Positions 1 to 64,000 of a stretch of DNA of 64,000 nt are shown here, one piece after another. The stretch comes from Octopus vulgaris (lineage: Eukaryota). The DNA is taken from the NCBI GenBank assembly GCA_951406725.2, contig OX597814.1, positions 88,846,001 to 88,910,000 of the forward strand. Direction: 5' to 3'. How positions within the stretch are numbered: position 1 is the stretch's first letter; each line of letters opens with the position of its first letter. The translations under genes and the position numbers were made by a program. Under the pieces are notes generated by a model. That model was not told the DNA's origin. It did no database searches and saw only the letters and a program-made list of their open reading frames with translations.

Positions 1-429
1 TTCATTATTTTAACTTACTGAGCTGCTCAATGTTTCTTCACATAAAAGACTGTTATATTTCTTGTCATTTATTCATTCATACATACATACATACATACAT
101 ACATACATACATACATGCATGCAATCAGGCAGGCAGGGACCATAATTACCTGAAAGCACTGGTTAAGAATTCCCTACACTGATCAGTCAGTTTGGGCTTT
201 AACCATAGCCTCATCAGTAGGGACAGCTCAACTCTGCTGAGATGCTTTGATTAGAACATTAGAGCAGTTTAGTTCTTACATATAGCAATGTAAGTGTTTA
301 GACACCCTTAGTCATATTTAATGGCAATTATAGTTTTTCCTTTTGGTAATGCATGAAAATTTATGTCACATGGAGCCAAATTAAACTGTTTTAAATAATA
401 TATATATACAGGCATACATACATGCATTC

Positions 430-602
430 CCCATCTTCCCTTCCTTGAACTTTTCCTTTTTCTATGTTTCTGACAAAGAGCTCCACTCAAAACGTTAAAT
501 TCTCCTTCTTTATTTCCTTTCCTGAGGATCCAATAACACTATACTTGTTCCACGTCCTTGCGTTGTTGTGTTTTCTCTTTGTTCATGTTTGGATTAACTA
601 TA
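430..602 (+). mobile_element. Penelope-like element terminal (pLTR) remnant with degenerate minimal hammerhead motif (470-500)
   Basis: gtttCTGACAAA-GAGC-tcc-aCTC-aAAACGTT-aaat; homologous to 7930-8121; ends in a TA/TG microsatellite. Confidence 0.55.
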
Positions 603-625
603 TGTGTGTGTGTGTGTGTGTGTGT

Positions 626-795
626 AATACAGTGTATATTTAAACACATAAGGAATCCACTCGTGGGATTCCTCATGCTAGAAAGAACAGCTACGTTCTA
701 TAACCCTCATTTTGTGGTTATAGAACCTAGCTGTTCTTTCTAGTATGATGAATTCCATGAGTGGATTCCTTATGTGTTTAAATGTACACTGTATT
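626..795. repeat. Near-perfect fold-back palindrome (about 80-bp arms)
   Basis: aatacagtgtatatttaaacacataaggaatccac...gtggattccttatgtgtttaaatgtacactgtatt, with a short loop near 707-716. Confidence 0.85.
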
Positions 796-887
796 TTATG
801 ACTAATGCATAGTCTTTGGACTGAATTTTTACATGCTAGGCCACTGGAAGTGAAAATTTCTATTAATTTCCATTTCCCTTCGATATG

Positions 888-943
<56 letters not shown>

Positions 944-1789
944 CATATATAGTTGGTGTGATCAAAACATGTCAGACTATTGATATGAATAAACTAATTG
1001 GAAATAAACAAAGTTTGAATGTTCAAATTCTTCATTCTCCTCATTCTCCTTATTATCAATATTGTACTTTACACTTTAAGCAGCCAAGAAATAAGCTTGA
1101 ACATCAGATGGGAGCTAAAGGAAGATTTCCCAAAAATGCACCATCAGAAGGAACCAATTCGATATCTGCCTGGATATTATATCCATCTTCTAACTATATT
1201 ACATCAAGTGATGTAATAAGGAGTATTTCGTTAAATGAACTCTGTTTCACTCAAATTTAATACAGCATGTTAATGACCATAGGCTTAAGCCTTTAAGTAG
1301 GAATGACTAAGGACAGATTCTGTTGCTAAGTTATAGATACAGACAGAGGGCAATTAAGAAAAATAATAAGAAGAAGGAGAATAAAACATATAATAAAGTA
1401 AAGCATAAAGTGTAGTACATGATCTAGTGGTTATGGTGCTGCATTCATGATTGTTGGTCGTGGGTTTGATTCCTGGAATTGGCAGACCATTGTGTTCTTA
1501 AGAAAAACACTTTATTTCAAATTGCTCTGTGATTGTTTTGACACTTGGTGTGTGCATGCAAACACACCTATATAGGCAGTGTCAATTTCATGGGGGTATC
1601 TAGCTTATATGAACACAAACATTTGATCATTATAAACATAGTGCAAGCTATGGACAGATAAGAGATGTAGTAAAATCACAGGATGTTTAAGAAAGTAATC
1701 TTTGTGTGTGGCTTTAAACACTAAGACCATACAATAAACACTAAGACCATACAAGAAATAGACTTCCTATAATGCCTGGGGAGATCCTT

Positions 1790-2820
1790 AGAGGTAGTAG
1801 ATAGCTTCTGTTGTTTAGGTGACTAAGAGGAGGATACACTGAGAGTGTAGTTGCTATAATAAGAATGGGCTGAGCAAAATTCAGAGAGCTACTACTTTTA
1901 TTGGTGTCAAAGGGCCTCTTCCTCACAGTGAAAGGCAAATTGTATGATGCCTGTGTACATACAGCCATGCTACAAGGCAATGGAACACGGGTTGTGGCTG
2001 CAGAGGACATGCAAAAGCTTGAAAGAAACGAAAGGAACATGCTTTGTTGGATGTGCAATGTCAGTGTGCATGTACAACAGAGTGTAAATGCTTTAAGAGA
2101 AAAATTGTGTATAAGACAAATCAGATATAGTGCACAAGAGAGAAAACTGTGTTGGTACGACCATGTGATGAGGATGGATGAGGACAGCTGCATAAAGAAG
2201 TGTTAATTTCTAATTGTGGAGGGAATATGTGGAAGGAGCAGACCTAGGATGACATTGGATTAAGTGGTGAGATATGATCTTTGGTTGTTGAGCCACACAG
2301 AGAAAATGACAACTGACTGAGACTCAGTCAATTTGCTGTGTTAGAGAAGAAACATCAGGCTAAGTGGAATCATGGCCAGATGCACATGCATGCGTGTCCT
2401 TTTTTGGTCATGCCTTCCCACTTACACACACCTTCCTTATCCTTCTTTCTCCTCTATAGTAAGATGATTATTTGTCTCTCTATCATACTTTTGCCTGGCA
2501 CATAGCCATTTCCCTATGTTCCACTCCTTTTAACTAAGAGATCTTTGTCTTGCAAGTTACTTGGCAACCCTACTGGTATTGGTGTCACATAAAAAAGCAG
2601 CTGTGCTGGTGCTACATAAAGAGCACCTATACTGGTGCCATGTGAAAAGCACCCAGTGTACTCAGTAAAGTGGTTGCTATAAGGAAGCGTATCCAGTCAT
2701 AAAAACCAGGACAAAACAGATGACTAGAGCCTGATGCAGCTCTCCAGCTTGCCAACTCCTGTCAAACCATCCAGCCTATGCCAGCATGAAAAACGGATAT
2801 CATATGATAATGATGGTGAT
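1790..2820 (+). mobile_element. Degenerate 3' part of RTE-type LINE (PHD-RT family) with (GAT)n tail
   Basis: ORF 1901-2206 KGKLYDACVHTAML..ERNERNMLCWMCNVSV is homologous to 21236-22056; 3' UTR and GAT-like tail follow. Confidence 0.8.
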
Positions 2821-2825
2821 GAAAA

Positions 2826-2887
<62 letters not shown>

Positions 2888-3885
2888 CAAATGAATAATA
2901 ACAGACATATCATTCACTTACCCAATTCTCTCAAGTTTTTGCTAGTTTATTTTGTCTCTGTCTTCTCTCCTGGTGCTGTATGAATATTTGATGTGGTTTT
3001 AGAGTCAAGTTTTGACTGCTATCTCTAGCATGATGGTATCTTTTAGATACCCTTAATTATAATTATATATGATATACATATATATATGCGTATGTATATG
3101 CATATACATATATACACATAGATATCCACACACATACATATAAATATATAAATATATATGTTTTATACATATATATGTGTGTGTGTGTTTATATTATATA
3201 CATATAAAGATCCAAGGATCAAAGTGTAGGAAGAACGTTAGCTTCAAGCAATCTGTAAAATATAAAAAAAACAATTTTCAGGGACAATAGCAGTTTATTT
3301 AGACAGAAGATTGTGGATTTTTTCTTACTAAAGTATGATAAATTGAAAAAATTTTTTTTTTAATATCACGGTAGGCAACCAGGTATGCAAATAAAAAACA
3401 GGAGTTAAGGAATAGAGTAGATAGAATCTCTATTCCTTAACTCTTGTATGTATATTTATACACACGCGCACACACACACACACACACATACACAAATGTG
3501 CTTGTATGTATGCATGTATGTCTGTCTGTATGTATGTATGTATGTATGTATGTATGTATGTATGTATGTATGTATGCATGTATGTATGTTTATATAAATA
3601 TAAACACCTACAGATATTTTATGAATTAATGAAAGGCAGAGGCATCATTCATAAGCTTTGCAGGCTTTAAGGATTATTCAACTATAATTAACCAAAAATT
3701 GTATGAAATCAGTGTAATCCTGTAAAATAATAACATTTATACACACATACATAGATATAGAAATTAATCTTAAGATATAAAGATATAAGCATAAATAAAT
3801 CTATTATCTTTTTAGGCATTGTTTATTATTATATTAATACATTTTGGCAATGTAATAAAAGAAATGCTTCTTTTAATGATTTCAG

Positions 3886-63032
<59,147 letters not shown>

Positions 63033-63089
63033 GTAATCTAATTAAACATGTTGTTTCAATATTAGGTTGTCAAGTATGAAATTTGTAGT

Positions 63090-64000
63090 AAGGTATATGG
63101 TAAATTTTGACGGCTGTTCATTTTGCACCATTATTATATTTTGACAATCTTTATTTTTTATTAGAAAGCTGACACATATATTTCTTTGTTTTAACTCATT
63201 TTGCACTTTATAAAGTATTTATAAATAGTTTTTTGCTGCTATTTTTGTCTAGAGATAGATAAGTCGGAAATCCGTACAGTTTTTAAATATGAGTTCTTTC
63301 TTGGAAATACAGCATCACAGACAGCTCAGAATATTAATGGAGTATTTCATTCTAATGCAATTACACAGCAGACAGTATCAAATTGGTTTGCAAAATTTCG
63401 TTCTGGTCACTTTGACCTCACAAATGAGCAACACAGTCGACCAGAAACAAAGGTGGATAATGACAAACTGAAAGCCACCGTCGAGTCAGATCCATCTCAA
63501 AGTGGCCATGAATTATTGTTGTTGTTTGGTGCTAGCAAGCAAACAACATTGACTCACCTAGTTCAAATCGGTAAAGTGAATAAGTTGGATAAGTGGGTTC
63601 CACATGAACTCAATGAAAATCAGAAACAGCAACATTTGGAAGCCTGCATTATGCTACTTTCTCACCGCAAAAATGAATAATTTTTTAATTGAATTGTAAT
63701 GTGATGAGAAATGGATCCAATACAACAACCATAAATGTTCAGCACAATGGTTGGACAAAGATGAGCCACCAAAACACAGTCCAAAAAATAAAATTCATCA
63801 AAAGAAGCTGATGGTATGTTTGGTGGTCTGGTGCTGGTATGATCCATTATGATTTCCTTAAACCTGGCTTATTAATCATGGCCGAAGTATACTGCAGCCA
63901 ACTGGACCAAATGATGCAGAAACTTACAAAAAAAACAGCCTAAATTAATCAACAGATCCACTCCTAATTTATTGCAAGACAATGCCAAACCACACATCGT
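63090..64000 (+). mobile_element. Decayed mariner transposon, truncated by the window end
   Basis: DKSEIRTVFKYEF..WFAKFRSG..KWVPHELNENQK..DEKWIQY..LLQDNAKPH; stops and frameshifts. Confidence 0.88.

Noticed and set aside
240-295. Strong donor caat|gtaagt at about 290 as the upstream ABCA exon
   Set aside because: The required frame contains TAG two codons before the donor.
1019-1216. 65-aa ORF with a hydrophobic N-terminus (MFKFFILLILLIINIVLYTLSS), candidate TM1 exon or secreted peptide
   Set aside because: Lacks the ABCA E..WP motif and has no phase-1 donor to join exon A; hydrophobic ORFs arise easily in T-rich DNA.

Overview
AT-rich, microsatellite-laden eukaryotic DNA. The SINE/LINE repertoire and dense (TA)n/(CATA)n tracts suggest an octopus or other coleoid cephalopod (inference). 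The whole window lies inside one + strand multi-exon gene. I manually chained 21 GT-AG exons (3886-63032, 3336 nt, about 1112 codons) with fully consistent intron phases and no stops. The first exon carries the ABCA transporter ECD1 signature (C)HYPTRAMPSAGMVPFIQNFACNLNNQC. After >1100 aa no further TM segment has appeared, so this is a giant ABCA12/13-like extracellular domain. It is built from at least five tandem copies of a four-exon module (phases 2-1/1-0/0-0/0-2, about 200-220 aa), each with a Cys pair plus an N-glycosylation sequon; one copy lacks the Cys exon. The introns contain RTE LINEs (one family with a PHD finger inside the RT and a tandemly amplified 3' UTR), R4/Dong-like LINE remnants, several Tc1/mariner elements (rosa DD41D, maT-like, mariner), MITEs and tRNA-derived SINEs. 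They also hold two intron-containing tRNA-Leu(CAA) pseudogenes, (TA)n-embedded Penelope-like remnants with minimal hammerhead-ribozyme-like motifs, and several fold-back elements. The start codon, TM1, NBDs and the 3' end of the gene lie outside the window. Coordinates were counted by hand, and repeat boundaries are approximate.
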